From the IMG/VR virus record IMGVR_UViG_3300045988_020504, positions 1 through 39,734 of that record: 39,734 bases of DNA. One strand, given 5' to 3'. The translations under genes and the position numbers were made by a program. This document shows positions 23,784-31,816 of this stretch, piece by piece (within the stretch, counting starts at the first letter, position 1; each line of letters begins with the position of its first letter). The notes beneath the pieces are model-generated. The model searched no databases. It saw nothing but the letters and a program-made list of their open reading frames with translations, and was not told the DNA's origin. Source of the DNA: a virus.

Positions 23784-24085
23784 TGGCCTTACGTAAACTT
23801 GCTCTGATGCACCGTTTTTTTGGCGTTTTGGATGGGCATACGTGCCGGGAGTGTAGCAACTTCATAAAGGGCAAGTATCACGATAAAGTGCTTTGCAAAT
23901 GCAAAGTGTACGGGCTTGCCCATAGTGAAGCGACGGACTGGGCGGGGCGATGGATGGCCTGTGGGGCATTCAATCGGGCAATAAGCCGCAAGCCCCTTGT
24001 GAGAGAAGTCGTCCCGGAACGGAAGCGGAAAGAGGCCGACAATACGCCCATTGATGGGCAGATCAGTTTGGAGGAATTAACATGA
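23783..24085 (+). CDS. Hypothetical Cys-rich protein
   Basis: TAATG overlap; 100 aa. Confidence 0.55.
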   Translation: MALRKLALMHRFFGVLDGHTCRECSNFIKGKYHDKVLCKCKVYGLAHSEATDWAGRWMACGAFNRAISRKPLVREVVPERKRKEADNTPIDGQISLEELT

Positions 24086-24378
24086 GTGATTACATTAGCC
24101 GGGAGGCGGCGGTTGAATGCGCAAAACACGCATACGCCAAAGGTTTGGAACCGACGCAGTACATCGAAGAAATACCCGCCGCCGATGTGGCGCCGGTGCG
24201 GAACGGACGGTGGGAGTGTGTCTACGATGATAGCACGGGTGAAACTGATATAACTTGTTCCCATTGCAAAAACACCAGAACCGTCAATGGATGTTTTGTT
24301 TCAACCGATGGAAAGTCATGCTATTTTGAAGATGATTATTGCCCCAACTGCGGCAGCAAAATGGATTTGGAGGTATAA
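24082..24378 (+). CDS. Hypothetical protein (DYISREAA...IPAADVAPV family, C-terminal zinc ribbon)
   Basis: ATGA overlap; 98 aa with CSHC...CPNCG. Confidence 0.6.
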   Translation: MSDYISREAAVECAKHAYAKGLEPTQYIEEIPAADVAPVRNGRWECVYDDSTGETDITCSHCKNTRTVNGCFVSTDGKSCYFEDDYCPNCGSKMDLEV

Positions 24379-24379
24379 C

Positions 24380-24943
24380 ATGACCAGAGAAGAAGCAATT
24401 AAACATGCCGAAGCCTTGATGGATTATACGGCTGATGTGGCGGATTTGCTTGAAAAACAGCAGAATAAAATCAGGGATCTTAAATACGATGCCCAGGAGC
24501 GCGAGAAAGCCGTCGTCCAGCTTCGGAAGCAGTGGCAGGCTGCCGAAATGTTCATTTGCACCATGTGCGGTCATTTTGACCACAGTATAGACGGAAATAT
24601 TGTCTACGGGAACAAGGATTGTGGTGAGATCGTCGGCTACCCCTGCTGTAAGAAGTTCACCCCATGGATTCCCGCGTCTGTTCGGTTGCCGAAGGAACTT
24701 GAGCCTGTAAATGTGGTGTGGGTAAATCACAACCCAGCGCCGTACTACCGGTACATGAAGGACGTTCCGCAAAAAGCGACTGCTGTCTATTACAGGGAGG
24801 CTTGGTATTGGTGGTCGTGTGTTTGCGAAGATTTGCTTGTAGAGTACGGCGTGAACGAAACAGATCAGGTGGATGACGATGTTGAAATCACCCACTGGCA
24901 GCCGCTTCCAGAATTGCCGAAGGAAGGAGGCGCAGAGAAATGA
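24380..24943 (+). CDS. DUF551-like protein
   Basis: ATG follows GGAGGT. It has an N-terminal coiled coil and the C-terminal ITHWQPLPELP motif. Confidence 0.6.
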   Translation: MTREEAIKHAEALMDYTADVADLLEKQQNKIRDLKYDAQEREKAVVQLRKQWQAAEMFICTMCGHFDHSIDGNIVYGNKDCGEIVGYPCCKKFTPWIPASVRLPKELEPVNVVWVNHNPAPYYRYMKDVPQKATAVYYREAWYWWSCVCEDLLVEYGVNETDQVDDDVEITHWQPLPELPKEGGAEK

Positions 24944-25278
24944 GCTATGATCTGAGAATCGCCGTTAAGGTGGACGGATGCGACAAGTTTGCTGAAATCG
25001 CTGAGCCGGAATACAGCAGCCCCACGTATAATCTGGGCAAGATGTTCCGGGCTTGTACCGGGTGGGATTACAAGCAGGGAGAATATTACAGGTGCTCCGA
25101 GGTGATCGGGAATATCGAAAAAGGTATCGAAGAGCTGCGGGTATGTTGGGCGAAATACGTGAAATACGGAGAAGTGGCCGATATCCCTTATGCCGTTGAA
25201 GTGCTTGAAAGTCTGCGGAATTGCATTTACGAGCAGGCAGAGGAAATTCCGCTGGATTGCCTGTATGTGGCATGGTAG
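24940..25278 (+). CDS. Hypothetical protein
   Basis: ATGA overlap; 112 aa. Confidence 0.6.
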   Translation: MSYDLRIAVKVDGCDKFAEIAEPEYSSPTYNLGKMFRACTGWDYKQGEYYRCSEVIGNIEKGIEELRVCWAKYVKYGEVADIPYAVEVLESLRNCIYEQAEEIPLDCLYVAW

Positions 25279-25290
25279 GAGGTTCGGGGA

Positions 25291-25455
25291 ATGAGTGAAA
25301 GACAAGAACACCGTCAGCGCCTTAACGCTAGGATTGCATACGCCGCCGCCATTGAGCGATGGGCGAAAAATCAGCCGTCACGCATTCGGTTCTTTGCCGT
25401 CAGACGGTGGCTGAAAGAGATGCCGAGGAAGGAGAATTTTTATGAGGCTGATTGA
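25291..25455 (+). CDS. Small basic protein (54 aa; below the ORF-track cutoff)
   Basis: TAGGAGG lies 7 nt upstream of the ATG (MSERQEHRQRLNARIAYAAAIERWAKNQPSRIRFF...). It fills the gap and overlaps the next start. Confidence 0.5.
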   Translation: MSERQEHRQRLNARIAYAAAIERWAKNQPSRIRFFAVRRWLKEMPRKENFYEAD

Positions 25456-25723
25456 TGCAGACGGGCTTCGCCGCAGAATTGTAGCATTTTGTACAGGATG
25501 TAGCACCACATATTTGACAGTGGAAAACATTGTGATGATGATAAATCAGGCTGATACCGTGGATGCCGTCCCCGTGGTAAGGTGCCGGGACTGCGAGTAT
25601 TTTGTTAACGCGGCAGTTAACGCTAATGGTTTTCTCATCTGCGGCGTCAGCGATATGGATATTACCCCGGAAGATTTTTGCAGCTATGGGGAGCGAAAGG
25701 AGGAACAAAATGGAAGAACTTAA
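25442..25723 (+). CDS. Hypothetical protein, RCRDC...FCSYGER(K/R)EE family, copy 1
   Basis: AGGAAGGAG RBS; 93 aa. Confidence 0.6.
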   Translation: MRLIDADGLRRRIVAFCTGCSTTYLTVENIVMMINQADTVDAVPVVRCRDCEYFVNAAVNANGFLICGVSDMDITPEDFCSYGERKEEQNGRT

Positions 25724-26078
25724 CGGCTACACCCCACCTGCCAGCTTGAATTTAAGCGACTTCCAGGATGCTATCGGAGATGCCGTAGTACAGGCGATTA
25801 TAAAAATTGGTATCCGGGTGAATCGGGAAGAACTTCTGAAAGCTCTGAAATATGATAGGGGGCAGTACAAGGCGGGGTATGATGCCGGTTTCGCAGATGG
25901 GTTTGTTGAAACGCTCCATATCGTCCGCTGCCGGGACTGCATCCACCGCCAGGGGGACGAATACCCCATGTGTATGCTGCATACCGAGCCTTACCCAAAT
26001 GTCAGAGGTTACAAGGGCGAGGCTGTTTGCGTGGAAATGAACGGCTTTTGCAGCTACGGAGAACGGAGGGAAGAATGA
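25710..26078 (+). CDS. Hypothetical protein, RCRDC...FCSYGER(K/R)EE family, copy 2
   Basis: AAGGAGGAAC RBS; 122 aa. Confidence 0.6.
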   Translation: MEELNGYTPPASLNLSDFQDAIGDAVVQAIIKIGIRVNREELLKALKYDRGQYKAGYDAGFADGFVETLHIVRCRDCIHRQGDEYPMCMLHTEPYPNVRGYKGEAVCVEMNGFCSYGERREE

Positions 26079-26185
26079 CACGTAAGCGCTTTATCAAACT
26101 CCTGATGGGTAAGTTTCTGCTGACCCGGAATGAGGCAAAATACATTGCCGATATTGTAAGAACTTGTAATCGGAGGGAACCATGA
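26075..26185 (+). CDS. Very small ORF (36 aa)
   Basis: ATGA overlaps at both ends keep the operon translationally coupled. Confidence 0.4.
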   Translation: MTRKRFIKLLMGKFLLTRNEAKYIADIVRTCNRREP

Positions 26186-26478
26186 GCCAGAAACCGGACT
26201 ATCTCACCCTGTGCTCCATAGCCGCCCAGAAGGCCGGGACGAGCTACGGGAAGTACATGGCAATGCACGGATACCACCCACCAATTCAGGCCGATGTGGA
26301 GGACGTGGAAGCCCCGCAGGGCATTGTTAAAATCTGCCCCCAGTGCGGGAAGGAATTCACGCAGGGCAAGATCAAGCAGAAAATCTATTGCAGTTTGGAG
26401 TGCCAGAAAGCCCACGCCCAGAGAGCCGCTAAAAGGAGATACCGCGATAGAAAAAATAAGGAATTGGAGGTACATTGA
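26182..26478 (+). CDS. Small zinc-ribbon protein
   Basis: CPQCGKEF...YCSLEC followed by a basic tail; 98 aa. Confidence 0.6.
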   Translation: MSQKPDYLTLCSIAAQKAGTSYGKYMAMHGYHPPIQADVEDVEAPQGIVKICPQCGKEFTQGKIKQKIYCSLECQKAHAQRAAKRRYRDRKNKELEVH

Positions 26479-26481
26479 ATA

Positions 26482-26883
26482 ATGGCAGAACAGGATTTCA
26501 AATTTGATGATGCGTTGCTCATGAAGACTGCACGCGAGATGCTTGCAAAAAAATTGACAGAAACAGTGAAAGAGGTCGCCAAGTCCGGGGAATGGGAGAT
26601 AACCACCATCGAGCAGGAAGAATCTGACCCGGAAAAGATTCTCCGGAGGATGTTTACAAAATACGCATACGGCAACGTTCCGGAGTGGTTCGCCTCTGCG
26701 GTATCTGCGGCGTCCTATGTGCTGTCTGTGGACAAGGGAAAGGGGATTGAGTGTATTTCCGTCTTGCACACGGCAACGGAACGGGCACCGGCTGAAATTC
26801 GGATGACGGCGCAGACAAAACTGCTTATGATATGCCAAGAAACAGGGATGCTCGGCGGGATTGGGAGCCTGCCTGTTCTCTAG
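26482..26883 (+). CDS. Hypothetical protein
   Basis: 133-aa ORF. Confidence 0.6.
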   Translation: MAEQDFKFDDALLMKTAREMLAKKLTETVKEVAKSGEWEITTIEQEESDPEKILRRMFTKYAYGNVPEWFASAVSAASYVLSVDKGKGIECISVLHTATERAPAEIRMTAQTKLLMICQETGMLGGIGSLPVL

Positions 26884-26891
26884 GGGGCAAC

Positions 26892-27074
26892 ATGGAGTAC
26901 AAGGACGGCAGGAAGTATTGCGTCGGGTGCCGGTATTTCTTCGGGCACCACGAGGGCGGTAAGTGCTGCAATTACATATTCGTCCATGGTGAAAAGCGGC
27001 CTTGCCCGCCTGGGAAGGATTGCACCGAAAGGAGGGCGAAAACGAAAAACAGGAGACGGAATTTAATATTATAG
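26892..27074 (+). CDS. Small Cys-rich protein
   Basis: 60 aa with CVGC...CC...CPPGKDC. Confidence 0.5.
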   Translation: MEYKDGRKYCVGCRYFFGHHEGGKCCNYIFVHGEKRPCPPGKDCTERRAKTKNRRRNLIL

Positions 27075-27081
27075 CTTTATC

Positions 27082-27158
27082 TCTGTATAGTATATATTAA
27101 ATATAATCTTATATCTTGTGTGTATTGTGTATATCTATACAGGGATTTAATAAGATAT
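27082..27158. promoter_or_regulatory. AT-rich inverted-repeat region upstream of the late regulator gene
   Basis: CTGTATAG(TATATA) at 27083-27096 pairs with (TATAT)CTATACAG at 27130-27142. ATCTTA at 27106 pairs with TAAGAT at 27151. There is a sharp AT spike relative to the flanks. Confidence 0.45.
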
Positions 27159-27173
27159 GCAAGGAGGAACGGA

Positions 27174-27611
27174 ATGAACTGGAAGTATGAGGCCATTGAA
27201 AAGCTAAAGGAGTACAGTGCAAAGAGGCAGGCCCTGAACAGTATTCCCGAAGAAATGGCGCGGCTGGAATCCGCTATGCAGAGTATCCGAAGCGCCACGG
27301 CTGACGGTACGCCGGTAAGCGGCGGTGGCTCCGGCCGGGAAGATGCGATGCTATCGAATATCGTTCACCGTGAGGAACTGGCGCGGTCGCTGGAACAGGC
27401 GAGGAAATGGGTGTCGCTTGTGGATTCCGGGCTTGAATCGCTTAGCGCCGATGAAAAGAAGATACTGAGCAGATTCTACATAAGCCCGGCTAGAGGCAAC
27501 GTCGATGCCCTGTGTGAAGAACTTGGAGTGGAAAAAGCTCAGGTTTACCGCCGCCGGGATTCAGCACTACGACATTTCACGCTATGCCTGTATGGGCAGA
27601 CTGAAAGCTGA
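27174..27611 (+). CDS. Late-gene transcriptional regulator, sigma-70 region-4-like (ArpU/RinA-type position)
   Basis: AAGGAGGAAC RBS; 145 aa. The C-terminal LSADEKKILSRFYISPARGNVDALCEELGVEKAQVYRRRDSALRHF is an r4-type HTH. It is the last gene before the packaging module. Confidence 0.7.
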   Translation: MNWKYEAIEKLKEYSAKRQALNSIPEEMARLESAMQSIRSATADGTPVSGGGSGREDAMLSNIVHREELARSLEQARKWVSLVDSGLESLSADEKKILSRFYISPARGNVDALCEELGVEKAQVYRRRDSALRHFTLCLYGQTES

Positions 27612-27659
27612 AAAATGAGAAAAAAATGAGACGATTTTTCAGTTTGAATGTGCTATACT
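27611..27659 (+). promoter_or_regulatory. Tandem AAAAATGAGA repeats plus an extended -10 promoter (TGCTATACT)
   Basis: AAAAATGAGA occurs at 27611-27620 and 27622-27631 (11-bp period). TGcTATACT lies at 27651-27659. The -35 is weak. Confidence 0.5.
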
Positions 27660-27678
27660 GGTAAAAAAGAAAAAGCGC

Positions 27679-27713
27679 AAGAGGCTTGGGATTGTTCCTG
27701 AGCCTCTTTTTGC
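27679..27713 (+). terminator. Rho-independent terminator about 20 nt downstream of the predicted start site
   Basis: AAGAGGCT-loop-AGCCTCTT followed by TTTGC, with an A-rich tract upstream. Confidence 0.7.
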
Positions 27714-27783
27714 ATGGCGCGGTAGATAACGAGTTGGGCGCTCTCTCCCCAACAGAAGGCCGTTTGAATCGGCCTCGCGCCAT
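27714..27783 (+). ncRNA. tRNA-like three-way-junction element (not a canonical tRNA)
   Basis: A 9-bp closing helix (27714-27722 with 27775-27783) encloses two hairpins. One is GTTGGG-9 nt-CCCAAC. The other is a T-arm-like GGCCG-TTTGAAT-CGGCC. There is no D-arm and the middle hairpin has a 9-nt loop. Confidence 0.35.
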
Positions 27784-27906
27784 ATATATCGCCGATGGCC
27801 TCCCTATCGGCGCAGCGGGCGCTTTTCGGTGAAGTATGCCCCAAATGCCCACGGGTGGGAAACCGAGTTCAAAAAACATTTTAATCAACAGGAAGGATTG
27901 ATAGTA

Positions 27907-28557
27907 ATGTTTGTAGAAATCGCAAAGGTCGGGAAGCAGGAACGCCCTACGGTAACAAGCCTTGATGTGGCGGAGACGTTCGGGAAACTGCATCAGCACG
28001 TTCTCAGAGACATTCGCGAACTTGGATGCAGCGAGGAATTTCGGCTGTCCAATTTTGGACAGTCGAGCTATGAGAATGCGCAAGGACACAAGCAGCCGAT
28101 GTTCATCATAACCCGCGACGGGTTCACCCTATTGGCCATGGGTTATACTGGCGAACTTGCTATGAAGTTCAAGGAAGCGTATATCAAGCAGTTCAACGCT
28201 ATGGAAGCCGCCTTGCAAGGCAAGCTGATTGAGCGTGAAAAAGGGATTGCCGTTCGTCAGGCATTGACAAAGGCTCTACAGCAGTCCAGAGAGGACGAGC
28301 GGATGCACGGACATGCGTATTCCAATTACACGAATTGCATCTACAAGGCGCTGTTCGGGAAAGATGCGGCACAGCTTCGCCGGGATTATGGACTTGACGC
28401 AAAGGACAATCTTCGGGACGCATTCCCGCAGGAAGAACTTGCCGCTGTGCAGTCCATGGAGCGCCTTGTGAGCGGTCTGGTTGACTGCGGATGGGAATAT
28501 GCGCAAATTAAGGAATTTATCGGAAAGACCAATTCAAGATTGGCTATTTCCGCATGA
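27907..28557 (+). CDS. Rha-family phage regulatory protein
   Basis: PTVTSLDVAETFGKLHQHVLRDIRELGCS...NFGQSSYENAQGHKQPMFIITRDGFTLLAMGYTGELAMKFKEAYIKQFNAME matches the Phage_pRha pattern. Confidence 0.8.
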   Translation: MFVEIAKVGKQERPTVTSLDVAETFGKLHQHVLRDIRELGCSEEFRLSNFGQSSYENAQGHKQPMFIITRDGFTLLAMGYTGELAMKFKEAYIKQFNAMEAALQGKLIEREKGIAVRQALTKALQQSREDERMHGHAYSNYTNCIYKALFGKDAAQLRRDYGLDAKDNLRDAFPQEELAAVQSMERLVSGLVDCGWEYAQIKEFIGKTNSRLAISA

Positions 28558-28559
28558 TG

Positions 28560-28597
28560 AGCAACTGGTAAGCTACTTTGCCGAGTTGCTTTTTATT
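28560..28597 (+). terminator. Rho-independent terminator after rha
   Basis: AGCAACT...AGTTGCT stem followed by TTTTATT. Confidence 0.6.
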
Positions 28598-28621
28598 ATC
28601 CTGAATGAGAGGTGGTGACGG

Positions 28622-29011
28622 GTGGCAGATGGAACGAAGAACCTTATTCCCTTCGACCAGAGAACAGAGGAAGAACAGAAAAGAATACGAACAGCTGGCG
28701 GCATTGCCTCCGGCGCCGCCCGCCGTCGAAAGCGGAACCTGAAACAAGCAGCTGACCTGTACCTGTCCTTGCCAGTAACAGACAGACGTGTGCGGAATAA
28801 AATTGCCCGTGACGGGGTGAATCCTGAGGATATCGACAATCAGATGGCCATGATCGTTGGACTGACAGAGGCAGCGGTTCGGGGAGATGCCAGATGCGCC
28901 AAGGTGCTGGTTGATTTGCTTGGGGATTCCACCGTGGAAGAACCCACACCGGATGACGGATTTATGGACGCACTTCGAGAAGAGGCGGGACAGGTATGGC
29001 AGGAGGATTAA
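28622..29011 (+). CDS. terS: Terminase small subunit
   Basis: GTG start after GAGAGGTGG; 129 aa. NLIPFDQRTEEEQKRIRTAGGIASGAARRRKRN is the typical Firmicutes-phage TerS N-terminus. It overlaps terL. Confidence 0.75.
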   Translation: MADGTKNLIPFDQRTEEEQKRIRTAGGIASGAARRRKRNLKQAADLYLSLPVTDRRVRNKIARDGVNPEDIDNQMAMIVGLTEAAVRGDARCAKVLVDLLGDSTVEEPTPDDGFMDALREEAGQVWQED

Positions 29012-30285
29012 AACAGGCGGCATTTCGGTTTCAGCCATTTTCCAGGAAGCAGAAGCAGATACTCACCTGGTGGCTCCCGGAATCCGGTGTATCAGACGCA
29101 GACGGAATCATAGCAGATGGAGCCATCCGGTCAGGGAAAACCGTGTGTATGTCGCTGGCTTTCATTCAATGGTCGATGCACAGCTTCAACGGCCAGAATT
29201 TCGGAATGTGCGGAAAAACTGTGGGCAGCTTCCGACGGAATGTTCTATCTGTGCTCAAGCAGATGCTTCCGGCAAGGGGATACACCATACGCGACAGGCG
29301 GACGGATAACCTGGTGGTTATCTCCCGGGGCAGCACCGAGAATTATTACTACATCTTTGGCGGTAAGGACGAAGGCTCCCAAGATCTGGTGCAGGGCATT
29401 ACCCTGGCTGGAATTCTTCTGGATGAAATCGCCCTGATGCCGGAGAGCTTCGTCAATCAGGCAACCGGCCGCTGCTCTGTGGACGGCTCCAAGTTCTGGT
29501 GCAACTGCAACCCGGCAGGCCCAGAGCATTGGTTCAAAAAGCAATGGATCGACGAACGGCAGAAACGGAACCTTCTGTACCTCCACTTCACCATGGAGGA
29601 TAACCTGAGCTTGTCGGAGCAGATACGAGCCAGATACCGGGCGATGTACACCGGCATTTTCTACCGGCGGTATATCCTGGGGCAGTGGTGCCTTGCGGAA
29701 GGGCTTGTGTATGAGTTCGACCCAGAGAGGCACGTCACGGACGATTTACCGGAATGTGGAGAGTGGTATATATCCTGTGACTATGGAACACTGAACCCGT
29801 TCTCTGCTGGCCTGTGGTGCGTCAGAGACGGCGTTGCTGTCCGGGTGTCGGAATTCTATCATTCCGGCAGGGAACAGCAACGACAGCTAACGGATGAGGA
29901 ATACTACCGGGCAATCGAACAGCTAGCCGGTGACAGGGATATCCGGCACATTGTGGTTGACCCGTCTGCGGCCTCTTTTATTGCCTGCATTCGCTCACAC
30001 AAGCGTTTCTCCGTCAGGAAAGCGAAGAATGATGTTATGTACGGTATTCGCCTGACGGCCATGATGCTCCAAGCTGGTGTTATCAAAATCGGCTCTGGCT
30101 GCAAGGACGCGATTCGGGAATTTGGCCTGTACCGCTGGGACGACAAGGGAGAAGTGGATAAGCCTGTGAAGGAAAACGATCATGCCATGGATGATATCCG
30201 GTATTTCTGCGCGACCGTCATGCGTAGAAACCACCAGGCACGAAAGATTATTGGAGGAATTTGCGATGAGGAACCGGATTCGTAA
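28996..30285 (+). CDS. terL: Terminase large subunit (PBSX-type)
   Basis: 429 aa with Walker A GAIRSGKT, an LLDEIA Walker B-like motif and a nuclease C-terminus ending in HAMDDIRY. Confidence 0.9.
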   Translation: MAGGLKQAAFRFQPFSRKQKQILTWWLPESGVSDADGIIADGAIRSGKTVCMSLAFIQWSMHSFNGQNFGMCGKTVGSFRRNVLSVLKQMLPARGYTIRDRRTDNLVVISRGSTENYYYIFGGKDEGSQDLVQGITLAGILLDEIALMPESFVNQATGRCSVDGSKFWCNCNPAGPEHWFKKQWIDERQKRNLLYLHFTMEDNLSLSEQIRARYRAMYTGIFYRRYILGQWCLAEGLVYEFDPERHVTDDLPECGEWYISCDYGTLNPFSAGLWCVRDGVAVRVSEFYHSGREQQRQLTDEEYYRAIEQLAGDRDIRHIVVDPSAASFIACIRSHKRFSVRKAKNDVMYGIRLTAMMLQAGVIKIGSGCKDAIREFGLYRWDDKGEVDKPVKENDHAMDDIRYFCATVMRRNHQARKIIGGICDEEPDS

Positions 30286-30487
30286 ATGGATCGTGGATAT
30301 GGCTCCGATTTGGGCGAAAGCGTCGTTGCAAGCCGATATCAGGACGCTTGAAGCGGAAAATCGGCGGCTTCGGGCGGAAGTGGATACTTTGAACGCCTAT
30401 ATACAGGGCTTGCAGTATGCAACCCGTGCGCTGCGGCGCATCACGATCAACGCAGGAGGAGAAAAGCGTGATTTATCCGAACAGTGA
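30266..30487 (+). CDS. Small coiled-coil protein between terL and portal
   Basis: ATG follows GGAGGAA; 73 aa. It overlaps both neighbours. Confidence 0.5.
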   Translation: MRNRIRKWIVDMAPIWAKASLQADIRTLEAENRRLRAEVDTLNAYIQGLQYATRALRRITINAGGEKRDLSEQ

Positions 30488-31814
30488 TTATGAAATGGCG
30501 TTTCGCGCCGTTGACATGACATCGCCGGAAATGAAATTGGCCATCCAGAGGTGGCAGAATCTGTATTATGAGAAGGCCGCGACCCCGGATTATGACCCGT
30601 GCCAGCGGATTCCATATACCATCGTCCGCAAACTGACAAAGACGGCATTTTCGGAGTATTCGGCATCCAGCAAAGACGCGTTTGTTTCCGAAATCCTCGA
30701 CGCGGCAGACGCGAAAAAGAAAAGCGCTATGCAAAAAGCCCTGATCGGCGGAGAAAGCGGCTTAAAGCCTATCCCGACGGGCAGCGGTTTCCGCTTCGCA
30801 GTTGTGAGCAGACCGAACATTCTGGTATTTGGCCGGGACGGGGACGGGAATATGACCGACATCGGCATGGCAGAACACAGCATCCGTGACAGATTCTATT
30901 ACACACTGTTGGAACGGCGCACGGTGGATGATAGCGGGTATCTGACCATTACCAACAGACTGTATCGGTCGAACGACCAGAACAGCTTGGGGCAGGCTGT
31001 GGTGCTTACAGAGCTGCCACAGTATGCGGAACTTGCAGAAGAATACACGTTCCCTGAGCCACTGGGAAGCGTCGGCGTTGCATGGCTGAAAACGCCGATT
31101 GACAACAGTGTGGACGGTAGCCCCGACGGGGTATCCGTTTATGACGCGGCGGTCGGCTTGATTGAAAATATCAACCGGAACGAGGCGCAGATCAACGGAG
31201 AGTTCGAGCGTGGAAAAAGCCGGATTATTGCCAGCGCGGATATGCTGGAGGTTGACGAGATTGGCGGGCGGAAAAACTTGTCCGCAAGCGTATTTACCGC
31301 AGTGGATGAATCCCCCGACGATATAGGTATCACTATTTTCTCCCCGGCGCTGCGGGAACAGTCGTATCTTGCCAGAAAAACGGAATATCTCCGGAATGTG
31401 GAGAACGTGATAGGCTTAAAGCGTGGGCTGCTGTCCGAGGTGGAGGCCGCAGAAAGAACGGCTACCGAGGTGACATCCTCCGAGGGCGATTACAACCTGA
31501 CGATTATCGACTTCCAGCAGATGTGGGAAAGCGCACTGCGAGAGGCCGTCAGACTGTGCGGCGTTCTGGGGCGGATGTACCGCGTACCCGGTGCCCACGA
31601 CGTGGAAGACGATTCTATTGTCGTGGATTGGGGCAACGGCGTTCTGTTCGATGAGGAAAAGACCTGGGCTGACTACAAGGACATGGTCGCGGCGGGGCTG
31701 CTGAAACCTGAGATTGCACTCGGGTGGAAATTCAACATGCCCCGGGATACGGAAGCACAGTTAGCGAAAATTCGGAAGAAGTACATGCCGGAAGTCGTCG
31801 AGGACGGTGAATAA
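30468..31814 (+). CDS. Portal protein (SPP1 gp6-like)
   Basis: GTG lies 7 nt after AGGAGGA; 448 aa. Position after terL and general similarity to SPP1-type portals support the call. Confidence 0.85.
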   Translation: MIYPNSDYEMAFRAVDMTSPEMKLAIQRWQNLYYEKAATPDYDPCQRIPYTIVRKLTKTAFSEYSASSKDAFVSEILDAADAKKKSAMQKALIGGESGLKPIPTGSGFRFAVVSRPNILVFGRDGDGNMTDIGMAEHSIRDRFYYTLLERRTVDDSGYLTITNRLYRSNDQNSLGQAVVLTELPQYAELAEEYTFPEPLGSVGVAWLKTPIDNSVDGSPDGVSVYDAAVGLIENINRNEAQINGEFERGKSRIIASADMLEVDEIGGRKNLSASVFTAVDESPDDIGITIFSPALREQSYLARKTEYLRNVENVIGLKRGLLSEVEAAERTATEVTSSEGDYNLTIIDFQQMWESALREAVRLCGVLGRMYRVPGAHDVEDDSIVVDWGNGVLFDEEKTWADYKDMVAAGLLKPEIALGWKFNMPRDTEAQLAKIRKKYMPEVVEDGE

Positions 31815-31816
31815 CT

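Noticed and set aside
27716-27782. Genuine tRNA gene
   Set aside because: Acceptor-like and T-arm-like helices exist. However, there is no D-arm, the would-be anticodon arm has a 6-bp stem and a 9-nt loop, the T-loop is TTTGAAT, and no CCA is present. It is kept only as a tRNA-like element.
27577-28089. 170-aa minus-strand ORF spanning the late intergenic region and the rha 5' end
   Set aside because: It overlaps the strongly supported Rha gene and the terminator and structured elements. It has no RBS and an implausible sequence.
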